From positions 84,859,012 to 84,923,011 of the forward strand of contig NC_057719.1 in assembly GCF_004010195.1 (NCBI RefSeq): a DNA stretch of 64,000 bases, written 5' to 3'. Positions 1-13,272 of the stretch are shown here, in pieces. The position numbers and the translations under genes are program-made. The notes below the pieces were generated by a model, which was not told where the DNA came from, searched no databases, and worked only from the letters and a program-made list of their open reading frames with translations. This stretch comes from Chiloscyllium plagiosum. Its lineage: Eukaryota. Each line of letters opens with the position of its first letter. Position 1 is the first letter of the stretch.

Positions 1-421
1 TATTCATTTATGGAGTCTCCAAACTAAGAGTTTGTATAGATGTTTTAAGTTGTCAGAACCAAAAGGGGGTTCCAGCCGGCATGGAAAGAAGTTGTAAAAC
101 TGTCTTAGCAGTCTAAGGAGAACTGGATAATGAGTCAAATAATAAATTAAACCGTTGAGACAGTAGTGATATCTGTAAAGTGATATTGCTGGAATATAGG
201 TTTGAAATTTCACTCTCAAGACCTCTCAAAGCTATCTTGTATGTGTATACCTGTAAAGCTTTTTCTTTCTTTTTTGTAATAAACTAGTGTTTGTTTGTTA
301 AAGAAATTTGCAGACACATATGAATATATTTCAAATACTAATCACTGCCATAACTAACTGCAAAAAAATGAAGATCTAGGATCTAACTTGCACAGTATTT
401 CTATCATCTGCGATCGTAACA
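1..421 (+). mobile_element. 3' part of an LTR (cut by window edge)
   Basis: AATAAA near 278 and terminus ...GATCGTAACA at 421; no internal sequence follows. Confidence 0.4.
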
Positions 422-639
422 CCATATTTACAATATTGTACAGAATAAGACTGCGCCAATATGCAACAGGGACCCAGCAAACTTGCAAAATAGGCCTGAG
501 AAAAAAGTAATTAGGGACTGGAGAGAAATTTGTTCTTGGGGAAGCCCAGGGTAAAAAGGAGTTAGAATGTTGAGGGACGTGTTTTCACATTGCAGATTGG
601 AATTTGTGAGTCTTCCTTTGGAAACATGTTCAGGCAATG

Positions 640-1400
640 TCATGGTGGTAATGTCACCAAACTAATAATCCAGAACTTCAGGTTGATGTTCTGGAGCCAT
701 TGGTTTAAATCCTATTTTGGGAGATGGTGAAACTTGAATTCAATGAAATCTACAATTAGGAAGTTAACTTAATTGCCATTTAGTCATTATTGTTTTAAAA
801 ACCAATCTGATTTAAATGCCCTTTGGGAAAGGGAATCTGCCATTCTTTCTTGGCCCGGCTTACATGTGACTCTAGATCCACAGCAGTAAAGTTAACTTTT
901 AAGCACCCTCTAAAATGATCAAGCCAGCCACTCCGACTGCTGCAAAGGAATGAAACTGAATGGCATCGACCTGGGCTCTGGAAATGGTATCAGGCACAAC
1001 CCAGCTGATTCTGCAAAGTCGTCCTTACCAACATCAAGGGACTTGAGCCAAAACTGAGAGAGCTGTTCCACAGTCTTGACATTATCGTAAGTGTGATTTC
1101 ATGAGTCTGGCTATGCCCCAGATTCCATCACAACCCTTAGGAAAATCCTGTTCTACCAGAAGGATAGAATCACCAAAGATGGCTGCACAATTCCACCCAA
1201 TCTGGAAGGAGTTACTGTGGGAGTGCTCAGCATTGAATCTGGACTCCATGAAATCACATGGCATCAGATCAAAAGTCGGCCAGAAAACCACCTGCTGATT
1301 ACCACTTACCAATGCACCTCAACCAATTAATAAGTACTTCCTCTGAGAGGAAGATACAAAGGGCAGCAAGAACATTGAATGTATTGTGACTTCATTGTTA
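640..1400 (+). mobile_element. 5' end of a CR1/L2-group LINE with a tRNA-like head and start of the APE endonuclease (decayed)
   Basis: Head 640-940 shared with SINE-like copies at 23505, 41290, 43305 and 52085; downstream reads LTNIKGLEPKLRELFHSL, like an endonuclease N-terminus. Confidence 0.55.
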
Positions 1401-1959
1401 CAATATGGAGGCAGACAGCCAAATCAAATCAGCTTCCCTATCCCTATATTTGTAACATAGTAAAATCAAATTACTCACCCTCAAAATTGACTTTTTGAAT
1501 AACCAGTTCTCGACATTGTGAATAATCAATACCAGGCACATAATTTATACATGAAAACAAAAGACTTAATTTATAAACAATATAGTAGCTTTAGCTCAAC
1601 AAATGCAAATCACAAGGTAATCTATAAAGCACTTTTTAACCAAGAAGCAAGACTGAAAATGAACATTCAGTCCTGATCTCAAACAAATATCTGTTTTAAA
1701 TCCTTTTTTTAAAGAACTGATCACAGCCCAAAAGTCATCTTTACCTCTCTGTTCATCGTTCACTGGTCCAAACCAAAATGGTAGAATATTGAAAAATCAG
1801 TGGGTTCTAACACCATCTAATGTAGTCAGAAGGAATACCTGAGAGCTAATGGAATAAGGAACAGATGATGAATATATTAATTGATTTATTTGGATGTGAA
1901 TTGGTTGTATAAATATGGTGGGCTCATAATCAGTGTCTTTAGGAGTATAACATTGAGAG

Positions 1960-3030
1960 CAGGGGAAGGTTGAGTCAAAATATGAAGTTTCTGGATACGA
2001 TTACACATTGCTGTTTTCTGAAAATGAGACTTAGGAAGAAAAAGTTACAATGAAGGACTAGGTTACTTCTTTGTCAAAGAAGAAGCAAGGAAAGGCCTTA
2101 GTATTTTCATTACCATGCAGAAGCAAGATAAGCGAAGCATTGTTTCAGAATTGTAACATGTTGGTTTGAAAATGGATGATTCTTTGAACAGGTTGTTAAC
2201 TTTAATGGATAAGATTTAATGAAAAGACCCATTGACTGCTTATGAGGCATGGTCAGATTTTAACAAATTTAGACTGAGGACAGTACAATGGAATTCAGTA
2301 GGTTGTATGCAAGACTGCAGAAGTTTCATTTGGAAATCTCCCAATTCATGCTGCCATTTAAGTTGTTGGACAGTGCCAAAGTATGGACAGACTTCTAATT
2401 TTGAAGGGAGTTGAATTTTCGAGTAAACATACGCTCGAACAAATGTCAGAATCTCAAAACATTCCTAACAAAGTATTCCTTCCCAGTAGCTTTCATATCA
2501 CAAAGAGGGCAGTTGGTGATGTGCCAGAAAATGGAGGAGACAATTCCAGAAAATGGAAGAGACCACCTGAGATCACCTGAAAGGAGAACTGTAACTAAAA
2601 GAAAGTATGACAGAAATACTATTGATAATTTTGAGAACCAAAGAAAATTTTGGATTTACAGTAAGAGATGAACTCCAGAAATAATTAAGGTGCAATCAGT
2701 CGATGTTTTCAGGTGCAATTCAAGGTACCACTTTATGGTGCTGTACTAAATGCTATAATAAGGTATTTTAAACCAAACATAAAGTGAAGGATTTGAAGGT
2801 AAAAGCTGAAGATGCGAATGAAAGAGAGGGCATTGTATTGGTTGCAAAAGTTTCAGCCCAATAATGAATGTGTTAGTGACAGGGTATTTCAATTGTGCAG
2901 CATTGAACGGGGTTGATGTGTTTCTACTGTGTGTGGAATATATTAGCTAAGATGATACCAAGACTTTAACTAAAAAGGACCGGGACTAAGTTGAAGAATT
3001 TGAGAGTTCTACCGGTTTCAGTTATTAGGC
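1960..3030 (+). mobile_element. Copia (GalEa-like) LTR retrotransposon gag-protease fossil
   Basis: Frameshifted translation TSLSKKKQGKALVFSLP...LMDKI..KDPLTAYEAWSDFNKFR; decayed knuckle RCF/RCNSRYHF at ~2700; protease-like FNCAALNG../STVCG at ~2890-2935. Confidence 0.65.
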
Positions 3031-3117
3031 TAAGGAAAAAGCAGTTTTTGTTGATAGGAAAGCAATGAATTAATGGCTTAAGCTTTTTGAACATACTATA
3101 ATTTATAGGTTTTTTAA

Positions 3118-3425
3118 TTAGATTTCCTACAGTATGGAAACAGGCCCTTTGGCCCAACAAGTTAACACCGACCCTCCAAAGAGTAACCCACCCACATCCT
3201 GTATTTACCCCTGACCAATGCATGTAACACTATGGGCAATTTAGCATAGTCAATTCACCTGACCTGCACATCTTTGGACTGTGGGAGGAAACGAGAGCAC
3301 CCAGAGGAAACCCACGCAGACACTGGGAGAATGTGCAAATTCCACACAGTTGCCCGAGGCTGGAATTGAACCTAGGAACCGGTGCTGTGAGGCAGTAGTG
3401 CTAGCCACTGAGCCACCAAGCCACC
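3118..3425 (-). mobile_element. HE1-type V-SINE
   Basis: tRNA-derived head (GGTGGCTCAGTGG...GGTTCAATTCC), central V-domain, CR1-like 3' tail. Confidence 0.9.
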
Positions 3426-3949
3426 TGTGATTCTGTACAGAATCTATTGGATGAATGGGCATAGAAATGCCATCAGTTGGTAAAGAAGTTTTAGGTGATC
3501 ATTTAGGTGAATAGAGGAACATAGGTAGGCATAGGAAGTATGGTTGAAATCATTCAGACACCTCAGTGTTTCCCATCATTTAGACTGTGATTCACAACGT
3601 CTCAGAAAAAGCTGTGATTGAGTTTTTGGAAATGCGGGACACTCAGAGATGCCCATCTCCTCAAAGGAGGTGGCCAGTTTGGAAGTGCAGGATGTGGATT
3701 CACAAACCACACTCACCTCCTCCACCCCCCCCCCACCGTACCCCTATCTTACACTAACAGAAGTTGGAATATCTGGAATCGGGTCCCACCCATCTTTGAA
3801 GGCTCATGGAGTCTCCTTGACACAATCTAAATCCAGATCTAGCAGCATTGAGTGTTATGCTATTGGTTAGGACTTGAACAGTTTAACAGTAAAATACGTC
3901 CACTCACATGCAACACAAAAGCTTAACTTCATAATCCTTATGTGAGTAT

Positions 3950-4330
3950 AAGCTTGGCTTAGTTAATAGCTTTCTCTTGCCAGAGTCAGAAGGTTATGGG
4001 TTCAAACCCCAACCTAGGGTGACAGTATCTTGGCTTACGCTTCAATGTGTTATTAAGGGTGTGCCTCTTCTAGTAATGCAGTGAAAGAATGTAAAGGATC
4101 ACATGCAACTATTGAAGAATAGGAGGATCTCACATGTGGCCAAAACTCCACCCTAAACCAATGCCACTGAAAATAGATTAATGGGTTATTCATTGCATTT
4201 GTTGTTTATGCAATTTTGCTCAGTTATGCTTAATTGAATAACCAACAAAATTGTTGAATGTAAAATTCTTTGTGATATATGTATTGAGGAGCTTTGTGAG
4301 ATGCCATTTAACTGTGAATTCCTTTTTTCT
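3950..4330 (+). mobile_element. Deu-domain SINE (SacSINE/AmnSINE-like), old
   Basis: tRNA-like head GAGTCAGAAGGTTATGGGTTCAAACCCC; body similar to copies at 30200 and 54240. Confidence 0.65.
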
Positions 4331-5029
4331 ATTCAGAAGCATCTGTTAATTCTTCTTTGTGAACTGTGGATTTGCCAATCAGTCGGTATGGCAATAAGTG
4401 AAGATATTTGAGTTTTGCTTTTATTAATTATTTTGATTCAGGAGAGAAGGTAGAGCACCTGTTTTTTACCTAGCTATTTCGCTCCCCCACATTTTTCCTC
4501 ACTTCATTTTAACGAATGTGGTTATTTATTAGAAGTTTGATTTTCTAAGCAGTGACATCTCTCCAGTGCCTCACCCAGATGATCAGACTTCAAACATAAC
4601 CCTGGAAAATGTGTTAGTCAGCTGTTCAAACATGTGTGACTATTGCTTCCAATCCAAACCTCCCCATGTTCAGTATTTATGTTTGTGTGCTTTGAGTTGG
4701 ATTGTTTGATTGAAGAGAAATGCAATTGCCTGTGTTTGATTGATTAATCCTGGTGACTAATACTGATTGTTGGACCCACCCATTCTTACTTCATTAGCAA
4801 TAGATTTTTATCTGGGGTTGTTATAATATTTTAAAGGACCGTTTTGTGACTGATTTCACATTTCTGTTCTTTTAGCTTATGAACTATGAAGCATGCATCT
4901 GTCTGGTGTCATGTCTCACTGGGGTAGTCCATTGGAAATCAAGCCCCATGGTTCTCCGAGTCATCACAAAAGTTAAAGTTGGAGGAAGTATGCAGAATAC
5001 CCCAATTTTCTTTGAGAACAAGGCTGACA

Positions 5030-5650
5030 GAGAGAATACAGACGGGAGGCTGGAAGAGCACAGCAAGCCAGGCAGCATCAGGAGGTGGAGAAGTCGACAT
5101 TTCAGGTGTAACCCTTCTTCAGGACACTGGGTGGATGTAGGGGGAGCTGCAGATAAAGGGGGTGGCGGGGAAGGGTGTTGAAGTGGGGATAGATGAAGAC
5201 AGGCAGAGGGTACGACCTGCTTGGTCAATGGGAGAAATGAATCTGGTAGGTGACTGGGAAGGGAGTTGGGGGAAAGGAAAGGTGGTTATTTGAAATTGGA
5301 GAACTCAATGTTGAGTCCTCTGGGCTGTAGGCTGCCCTGGTTGAAAATGAAGTTTGTTCCTCCAATTTGTGGTTTGGTTGGTTGTGGCAATGGAGGAGGC
5401 CAAGGATGGTTGTGCCAGAAAGGGAATGGGAAGGGAAATTAGAATGGGAGGTCCGGTTGGCCCCTGCGGGCCTGGCTGAGTTGTTCAGCGAACCGATCTC
5501 TAAGTTCACATTTGGTCTCCCCAGTGTAGAGAAGACCAGATGCATAAACTAGGTTGGAACAGAGGCAGGTGAACCTCTGTCTCAACTGGATGGACTGTTT
5601 GGGGACCTGGATGGAGGTGGGGGGGGGGGGGGGTGGTTTGGTGATGTACA
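5030..5650 (-). mobile_element. Penelope-like element 3' fragment with GIY-YIG endonuclease and terminal repeat
   Basis: ORF 5439-5651 RFTCLCSNLVY..LLYTGETKCELRDRFAEQL; terminal unit carries a hammerhead core. Confidence 0.85.
5091..5124 (-). ncRNA. Minimal hammerhead ribozyme motif in PLE terminal repeat
   Basis: Minus strand CTGAAGA-AGGGT-TAC-ACCT-GAAA-TG-TC. Confidence 0.6.
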
Positions 5651-5669
5651 AGCATAGACCAGGTTTCTC

Positions 5670-6325
5670 TGTACTTAAATTTAAGTAAACAATTATGAAC
5701 CATCAAAGTATAACTCCCTCGTTAAAACACTGACTTACCCATAAAACTCCCTTTGTTCACATACTAGCAATGACAGAAAAAAATGACGTTATAGACAGAG
5801 GGGAAGGACTGGGAAGGCAGTTCAGTTGTCCCTGTCCACAGGTTTGCTGAGATGATCCTTTTGCTAATCAGAATGATGCTTCTCAATCTTCCTTCTGCAT
5901 GTACTTTCACTTGTTTGTAGAAGGTGCAGGGTGACTGGTTCACACATATAAAAGCCTCTGGTTTATTCACTAAAAATCCCACATTGCAGCAACTGATGAG
6001 GGGAAATAAACTGGCCAATTTCAGGCTTGACGTGCCTTTTATTGTTGAGGAAAAACAGCTCCTGTATCGGAGGTCTGATGGCTTCTCCTAAACTTTCACA
6101 ATCCCAAGCTACCTGGGAGCCTTCACCTTTGTCATCAACAACTGTTCACCACTTCAGAGACCAATCAGCTACTTGTCGCCAGCCAAGTCTCCATACAGTC
6201 TTCTGGCTCCAGTTGACTGTGGCCAGGCAACTTTTCCCACCGTTTGAACCAACAGCTATGCATTGAGTGTCTGATTACTTGCTTTTAAAAGTGCAGTAAT
6301 GAAGTTCTTTTCCCATTTCAGTGCA
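5670..6325 (-). mobile_element. Possible LTR remnant
   Basis: General resemblance to LTR-type sequence only; termini not defined. Confidence 0.25.
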
Positions 6326-6359
6326 CAATCAAAAATGCTGGCAATTTAAAAAAAAAAGG

Positions 6360-7695
6360 GATTTTTGAGAAGATTTGTAGCTCAGGTTGAGTTTAAATTG
6401 TAGGTTTGCTGGCTGAGCTGGAAGATTTGTTTTCAGATGTTTCATCACCATGCTAGATACCATCATCAGTGAGCCTCCGGTGAAGCACCAGTGTTCTGTC
6501 CAGCTTTCCATTTATGTATATTGGTCTGTTAAGGTGGGTGATATCACTTCTGATTCTTTTTCTCAGGGGTCGGTAAGTGAGGTCCAAATTGATGTGTTTA
6601 TTGATAGAGTTCCGTTATGAAAGCTAGGCCTTTAGGAATTCCTGTGCGTGTCTCTGTTTAGCCTGTCCTAGGTTAGATGTGCTGTCCCAGTCAAAGTGGT
6701 GTCTTCTATGTCTGTGTGTAAGGATACTCGTGGTAATTGGTCTTGTCTTTTGGTGGCTAGTTGGTGTTTGTGTATCGTGGTGGCTAGTTTGCTGCCTGTC
6801 TGTCCGATGTAGTGTTTTATTGCAGTCCTTGCTTTGGGTCTGCTATGTGGATGACACCTTTGTCATCATGAAACAGAACAAATTAGAGGAAACCTACAAT
6901 ATCATTAATAACATCCTCACTGGCATAAATTTCACCAAAGAGGAAGAGAACAACAACAGAATCCCCTTCCTCGATGTCACAGTGGAATGAGCAGTCAATG
7001 GAGAACTGCAGACCAACTGCAGAATGAGCAACTCAGACAGACCAGACACTTAATTGCAGGAGCAATCATTCCCAACAACCCCAAACAGAGCTGCATCAGG
7101 ACATTATTTAAACAGGCCACAACAAACTGCAGTACCCAGGAACTACGAGCAGAAGAGAAATACCTACACAGCGTATTCAAGAACAGCAGATACCCAATGA
7201 ACACAGTCTGCCGATTCTTAAACAACAAACCCAAACAAATAGACACAACATGTCCCAGACACTCCACCCACACTACCATACATCAAAGACATCTCTGAGA
7301 TGACTACCAGACTACTCTGACCCTTTGGTATCATGGTAGTCCACAAATCTACCAACACAGTGAAACAGCTACTGATGACCTAAAGGACCCTGTACCTTCA
7401 ACCAGCAAAACATGTAATTTACAAAATACCCTGCAAGAACTTGTCAGGAATTCCTAGAGGCCTGGCATTCAAACCAGAACTCCATCAATAAACCAATCAA
7501 TTTGGACCCCACTTACTAACCCCTGAGAAAAAGAACTGGCAATGATATCACCCACCTTAACAGACTAAGACACACAAATAGGAAGTGAGACGGAACACGA
7601 GGACTTCACCGGAGGCTCACCGATGTTGCCTAGCATGGTGATGAAACATCTTAAAAACAAACCTGCCAGCTCAGTAAGCAAACCAGCAACCTTAA
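6360..7695. mobile_element. Penelope-like element with inverted structure: minus arm 6360-6830 (GIY-YIG plus 3' end), plus arm 6831-7695 (RT C-terminal half plus 3' end)
   Basis: Plus WVCYVDDTFVIM...FTKEEENNNRIPFLDV; minus CKDC..HYIGQTGSKL...HFDWD; 6400-6640 is the reverse complement of 7447-7692. Confidence 0.9.
6434..6475 (-). ncRNA. Hammerhead ribozyme motif in PLE terminal repeat
   Basis: Minus CTGATGA-TGGTATC-TAGCAT-GGTGAT-GAAAC-ATC; more decayed sister copy at ~7615-7650 (+). Confidence 0.5.
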
Positions 7696-8144
7696 AAAGG
7701 TAAAAGCTTTGCAGTAGAAGCACTGCCCATTAATAACATGGACCTTTACATTTCAGAATATGGTAACTGAGAGAAAGGAGCTTGGTTTGCCTTCTGCACT
7801 GCAAAAGAATTGTCAAGAGTGGAAATATGGCTCTGCATTAGGACCACTGATCGAATCACATCTCAGAAATGCGAAGTCCCTTTCTTTCATGCAAAGTGTG
7901 GGATGTTAGACGGACAAGAGTGCCAGCTGAGGAGGGTCTGTGGGACATTATATCAGCTGGGTAGGGGATTGACTACTAGTGTAAGATACCAGGGTGCAAG
8001 ATGGCAAGGAGGCCAAGTAATTGTTGCAGTGTTTAGGGTAGGTCAGAATGGATGGGAGAAATTGGATCAAGCAAGGCTTGGGAAAGGGAGGTGTCAACTC
8101 ATTGAGTTAGACAGAAGGGAAGAGATCAGGTGTGGAGCAAGGGG

Positions 8145-8265
8145 GAAAAGAAACAAAAGAACTGTGGATGCTGTAAATCAGAAACAAAAACAGAAATTGC
8201 TTGAAAAGCTCTGGCAGCATCTGTGGAGAGAAATCACAGTCAATATTTCGTGACCCTTCCTCAGA
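8145..8265 (-). mobile_element. Short PLE-derived terminal unit
   Basis: Similar to 40020, 49100 and 52335 units; decayed core CTGAGGAAGGGTCACGAAA. Confidence 0.7.
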
Positions 8266-8809
8266 GGTGGGGATGGTGGGTCGGTTGTGGATCATGCTAG
8301 GGGTGTCACGTCTCTGGAGAGATGGGAGAGGGAAAGTGATACATGCCTGAGTAAGGGAGAATGTCGTCAGGGCTGAGAGAGATTGTGTGTCAATGGTCTG
8401 CAGAGGTGTACGTTGGGGTGTGCACAGTAAGTATGGGATCTGTTAAATAATCGCTTGGGAATGTACTTAATAATCTAATTTTCCTGAGTAACTGTTTCCA
8501 TAATTTAATCAGCAATCTCTGAAGTCTCTGATTTAAATGGTGACTTTCAGAGGGGTGCAGGCATAGAGGAATGGCAAAATTCAATTTCATGGGCAATTCC
8601 TTTGGACTGTATTATAATGGGTATTCCACAGGGTTCTCATGCATAACCCTCATCTATGCTGGAATAACAACTGTCTGACAGTCAGACATTTTGAGTCAAT
8701 ATAGATGTCCTGAACTAATTGTTTATGCAATGTCATGAAATGTATTGCAGAAAGCAGTTGCAGCATACCATATGGTTACCACAACCACACTTAGATTAGG
8801 TTAGGTACC

Positions 8810-9087
8810 TGTGTCTGTGTGGTTTTCCTCCAGGTGTTCTGGTTTCCTCCCACAGTCCAAAGATGTGCAGGTTACGTAGATGTGCAGGTTATGTAGATTT
8901 GCATACTTAATTGTTCATAGTGTCCCGGGATGAGTAGGCTAGGTTGCTTGGCCATGGGAAATGCAGAGTTACAGGGAGGATAAGTTAGGGTGGGTGGGTC
9001 TGGGTGGGGTGACCTTCAGATGGTCGGTGTGAATTCAATGGATTGAATGAGCTGCTTTCACTCTGTAGGGATTCTATGATTGTATGA
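8810..9087 (+). mobile_element. HE1-type SINE, 5' truncated
   Basis: V-domain GGTTTCCTCCCACAGTCCAAAGATGTGCAGG and tail GGGATTCTATGATT; internal 18-bp tandem duplication near 8861-8898. Confidence 0.85.
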
Positions 9088-9119
9088 TAACAGGGAAAGA
9101 ACTATGCAATTAAACTGTC

Positions 9120-9574
9120 TGTTATTTCAGATGCATGCAATTCTCCCAACTTCATTCTGCCGTACTCATTTGTACGATTGTGTGCAGCGAGTACTAAATG
9201 CACTCTTATAAGCAACCTAAAACTTTAATCAAGTGATACATTGGATAATTAACTACTTCCTTAAAAACTTAAACTAAGTGGCTTTTAAATCCAAACATGC
9301 ATACATTCATTCACAAATAGGATAGAAACTCCAAAGGCTGGTGCTGGATATCTCTTCAAATCAAAGGCATCTCATGCCAGCTTGTCTCACTAAAGCATCA
9401 AAAACAGCTTCACAAAAGCTGCCATGACATGATGTAATTAATAAAGGACTAGCAGACAGACTTTGGATCTTTGAGTTGCAAAAGGAAACATCAGGCACAG
9501 CGTCTGCAACACAGCAATGATCACTCTTTAATTTTTCCCAGTTTATCATCCAAAAAATATATGTAGTCTTTACA
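9120..9574 (-). repeat. Putative 3' LTR of the Gmr1-like element
   Basis: Minus strand starts TGTAAAG after a degenerate purine tract and ends AATAACA; shares a 57-bp block with 16062-16118. Confidence 0.6.
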
Positions 9575-9744
9575 TGCCTCCACATTTGAAGAGATGATAA
9601 GCAATTACTAAATGTGTTTCATCACCAGGAATACATGACACATATATCATGAAACATAAGAAACTTACCTTAATTCCCCCTCAGTCATTATTTTTGCTGA
9701 ATTTGAAAACTTTCTTGTCATTTCTTCAAATTATTCCAGCATCA

Positions 9745-10880
9745 TTATGATCTTGATAATGTACCTGCAATTACAATACCTTTTCCAGCAATATGAACAA
9801 TTGTTCTACTATGAGGTCGAATGAGCTCCATCAAAATAGCCTTTAACTTTCTCCTCAAAGGCCAAGTAATTATGGTAAATGTTTATAATTGTCATAACGG
9901 AAATAAAATTCAGGAACTGATCCCAAAGTATCCTTCACTGTCGATCATTTCCTCTGGTACTAGTTCAGCTTCTTAGAAAATTATCCTACTGGTTTCTCTC
10001 TTCCCAATTCTTCATCTTGCAATAAGACTGCACATTAATTGCCATTTGAAGAGAGTTAGTGAAGTCAGGGGTGGCAACACGAGTCATTCATTGAGATTGC
10101 CTTCAACTTCTATCAAGCTGTGAGGCACTGCTTTCAACCTTTGCCTGTTTCCACAATAAATGTGTTAGAGTTCCAGCTATGATGCTGAAATTAGGCATGA
10201 ATTTCCAATAATAACTGAAATCTCCTTTATTTCCTAATTGGTTTTCGGAACGTAGAATTCTATCAAAGACTTCAGTTTGTTGTTCTTGGCAACTTTTCCC
10301 TTTGCCCTATAATTTGTCTTCGATAAGGTACTCTCGCTTACGTGAACTCACACTGGCAAAGATTCATTACTAAGCCAGCTGACTGTAAATCCTTAAGTAA
10401 GGAGTTTTACATGCTCTTCTCATGTGTTGCTGTGCTTTAATATGTTGTCTAAATAAATTAAATAGTTAGGCACACTAATTAAATAAGTCCTTGGAATGTA
10501 GTTTGAGATGTTTCGAGCCTGAATGGCTCACCACTGATGCAACTCATTTGGTATAATAAAACATCTCATAAGCTCTTGATGTTAATGGTAATTACCAATA
10601 TCCCTTCAATAGATCAATCTTAGTAAAGAATGAGGCATTGCCAACTCCATTGCTACAATCTTCTAACCAAGGAATTGGGAATGAATCTATTTTTGATAAT
10701 GCATGTACTTTAGTCTGTGCAGAATCTATCATTTTGCATCTAATACCACCAGTGAACTCCAATTGCTTTGACTAAGTTTAATCAAGTGATTGTCCAGAAA
10801 GTATTGAATCTTGTTTTTCCAAGCTTAACGAAGACCTTTTTTAGGTACCAATTTTCCTAACATCCACAACATGCCTTACT
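9745..10880 (-). pseudogene. Gypsy RT and RNase H (multiple stops and frameshifts)
   Basis: SQSNWSSLVVL, DSFPIPWLEDC, FFTKIDLLKGYW; RNase H region VLPPLT/PDFT...VLLQDEELGREKPVG...IVHIAGKGIVIAGTLSR. Confidence 0.85.
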
Positions 10881-11124
10881 AGAACTTCCTAGTGTCCTTT
10901 CTCTAAGGTATGAGAGAATACGGTATCTAACTGTTCCACTATTTCTGCATTGACTGATTGGATTGTAGGAGGCTAATTTCATGAATTGTCTACCTCTTGT
11001 TCCATCTCACTCTTACTGTCTCTGTCAACCTCCACTACTCTTATCCCCTGACAACCATTCATTCCTCATCTGCAAATCTTTGAGAATATCTCTATTTCCT
11101 TATCAAAACTCTGCTATTTACTAA

Positions 11125-12160
11125 TAGGGATAAGAATTGAGGGCTCTTTTTTTCCGAAGTGGCAGCCAGTGATGAGTTGGGTACTGCAGGGATCAGTACT
11201 TGGAACCAGCTATTCGCAATATATATTAATGATTCAGTTGGGAAAGATAAATGTACTATCTGTAGATACCACAAAGCCATGTGGGAGGGTGAGTTGCGCG
11301 GAGGGTCCAAAGATGCTTCAGTTTGATTTGGACAAATTGAGTGGGTGAGCAAGTGCATGGGCAGACAAAGTATACTGTGGATGAGAATGTGAGGTTATCC
11401 ACTTTAGTAGCAAAAACAGGAAGGGGAGTGATCCTCTGAATGGTGAAAGATTGAGAAAGGGAGAGGTACAACAAGACCCTTGTATACCCGGTCATTGAAA
11501 CTAATTGAGGTCAGCAGATGATGAAGAGACTAATGTATGTTGGCCACCATAGCAAAAGGATTCAAAACAAGAACAGTGCCTTGTTTGTAGTTGTCCGGTG
11601 GCTTGTTGAGACTATGCGTGGAGTATTGTGTGCAATTTTGAACTCCTTATCTAGAGAAAGATATTCTGGCTATTTGGAGAGCACAACAAAGGTTTACCCG
11701 ACTGATTTCTGGAATGGCAGGAATGACCATATGAAGAGAGACTAGATTGGTTAGGGCTGTATTCACTGGAGTTTAGAAGAATGAGAGATCACACAGAAAC
11801 CTTTAAAATTATAACAACACTAGACAAGTTAAACATAGGAAGAATGTTCCTGATGACTGGGGAGTTCAGAACTGGGGGGTCACAGCTAAAAGATGTGTGG
11901 CAGTTCATTTAGGACTGAAATAAGAAATTTATTCAGCCAAAGAGTGGTGAGTATATGGAATTCTCTGCCACAGACGGTGGTTGGGGCCAAAGCATTGAAT
12001 GTTTTCAAGAAGGAGTTGTAAGTGGGATCAAGGGCTATCAAAAGGAGAAAGCAGGAACAAGGAACTGAGTTGGATGATCAGCCATGATCATGTTGAATGG
12101 TGGAACAGGCTCTAAAAGCCGAATGGTCTTCACCTGTTCCTACTTCCGCAGTTTTTATAA
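11125..12160 (+). mobile_element. CR1 LINE 3' fragment inserted into the Gmr1-like pol
   Basis: Decayed RT (VLQGSVLG) and 3' UTR GATCAGCCATGATCATGTTGAATGG. Confidence 0.85.
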
Positions 12161-13272
12161 TGGAATCTCTTCAGCCTCTATTTCAATTTCAATTTGTGTT
12201 AGTCATGTTAAATTGCTTAACTCTGGATCTGTTTTCTGAGCCCTAATTAAATCAGACATGCCAAACAATTCTTTTGAATTATCCCCATCCTTAAACCAAG
12301 TTTTGGCTATCTGTTTAAGGTATTACTTTGATCCAGATATGGATTCTGCTCAGCCATTGCTCTGGTCATCACACACGATGGATACGCAACTTGTTCTGGT
12401 AACTCTTCTGTCTCTTTAACATTACTTGGAATTTCTGTGATTATCGACTTAGCTATAACTTTCACCTTGGCCAAACTATTACCTAGGGGTAAGTAATCTC
12501 TTCTGCCATTGTTCTGGACCACAAGTCACATTCTATATAAACTTTGTACAAGGGTAGGTACTGTCTACTTATCCCATTTATTAAGACTTTGGCTTTCAAT
12601 GAACTCTGAAGGAAAATCTATTTCTTTCTCCAGTAAAGACATTTGAGTAGATCCTGTATCTTTTAATATAGTTATATTTTTAGCTGTGGTAAATATTTAC
12701 ATTTTTCTAAGAGAATGATTTGTCCAGAATGTATTGGACAAAGGCATTGACTTATAACGCCTTTGTTCCACAGGTCATAATTACTTTGCTTTATCTTTTC
12801 AAATTGAATGCACTTTTGTTCGGGCTGTTTCCTAAAGATTTGAAACTTTTTCCTGTATGCTTTAGGAACTAATTCACATCCAAAATAACCTTTTTTTATA
12901 GCATCACAATCCATTGAAACCTCCTCTGACAGTGATCGATAAATCTCACAAGCTCTACCTGACAACATGTTCTGCATGGGCTGCATCCTGTTTTCCTTTG
13001 GCCATTTCATTTGTTTTACTAGTATTCAAACAATGTAAAGAATGGTTCCACATCCATTCCCTCAAAGTCTGAAACTATAGCCTGTAGAAATTAAACATTT
13101 CTTTACTGGAATTCACATTCTGGCTAGGCGTTTCTTCATCAGAGCTACCTTCTCCATCTAAAGCCTCTTTATTTTTCTCTCTTCCTCTCTCTCTCTTTCT
13201 GCCTCTCTCTCTGCATCGCTCCCTCTGCCTCTCTGCCTCTCTCTCTGCCTCTGCCTCCCTCTCTCTGCCTCT

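Noticed and set aside
7810-8253. 147-aa plus ORF
   Set aside because: Purine-rich decayed repeat sequence running into a PLE unit; no domain recognised
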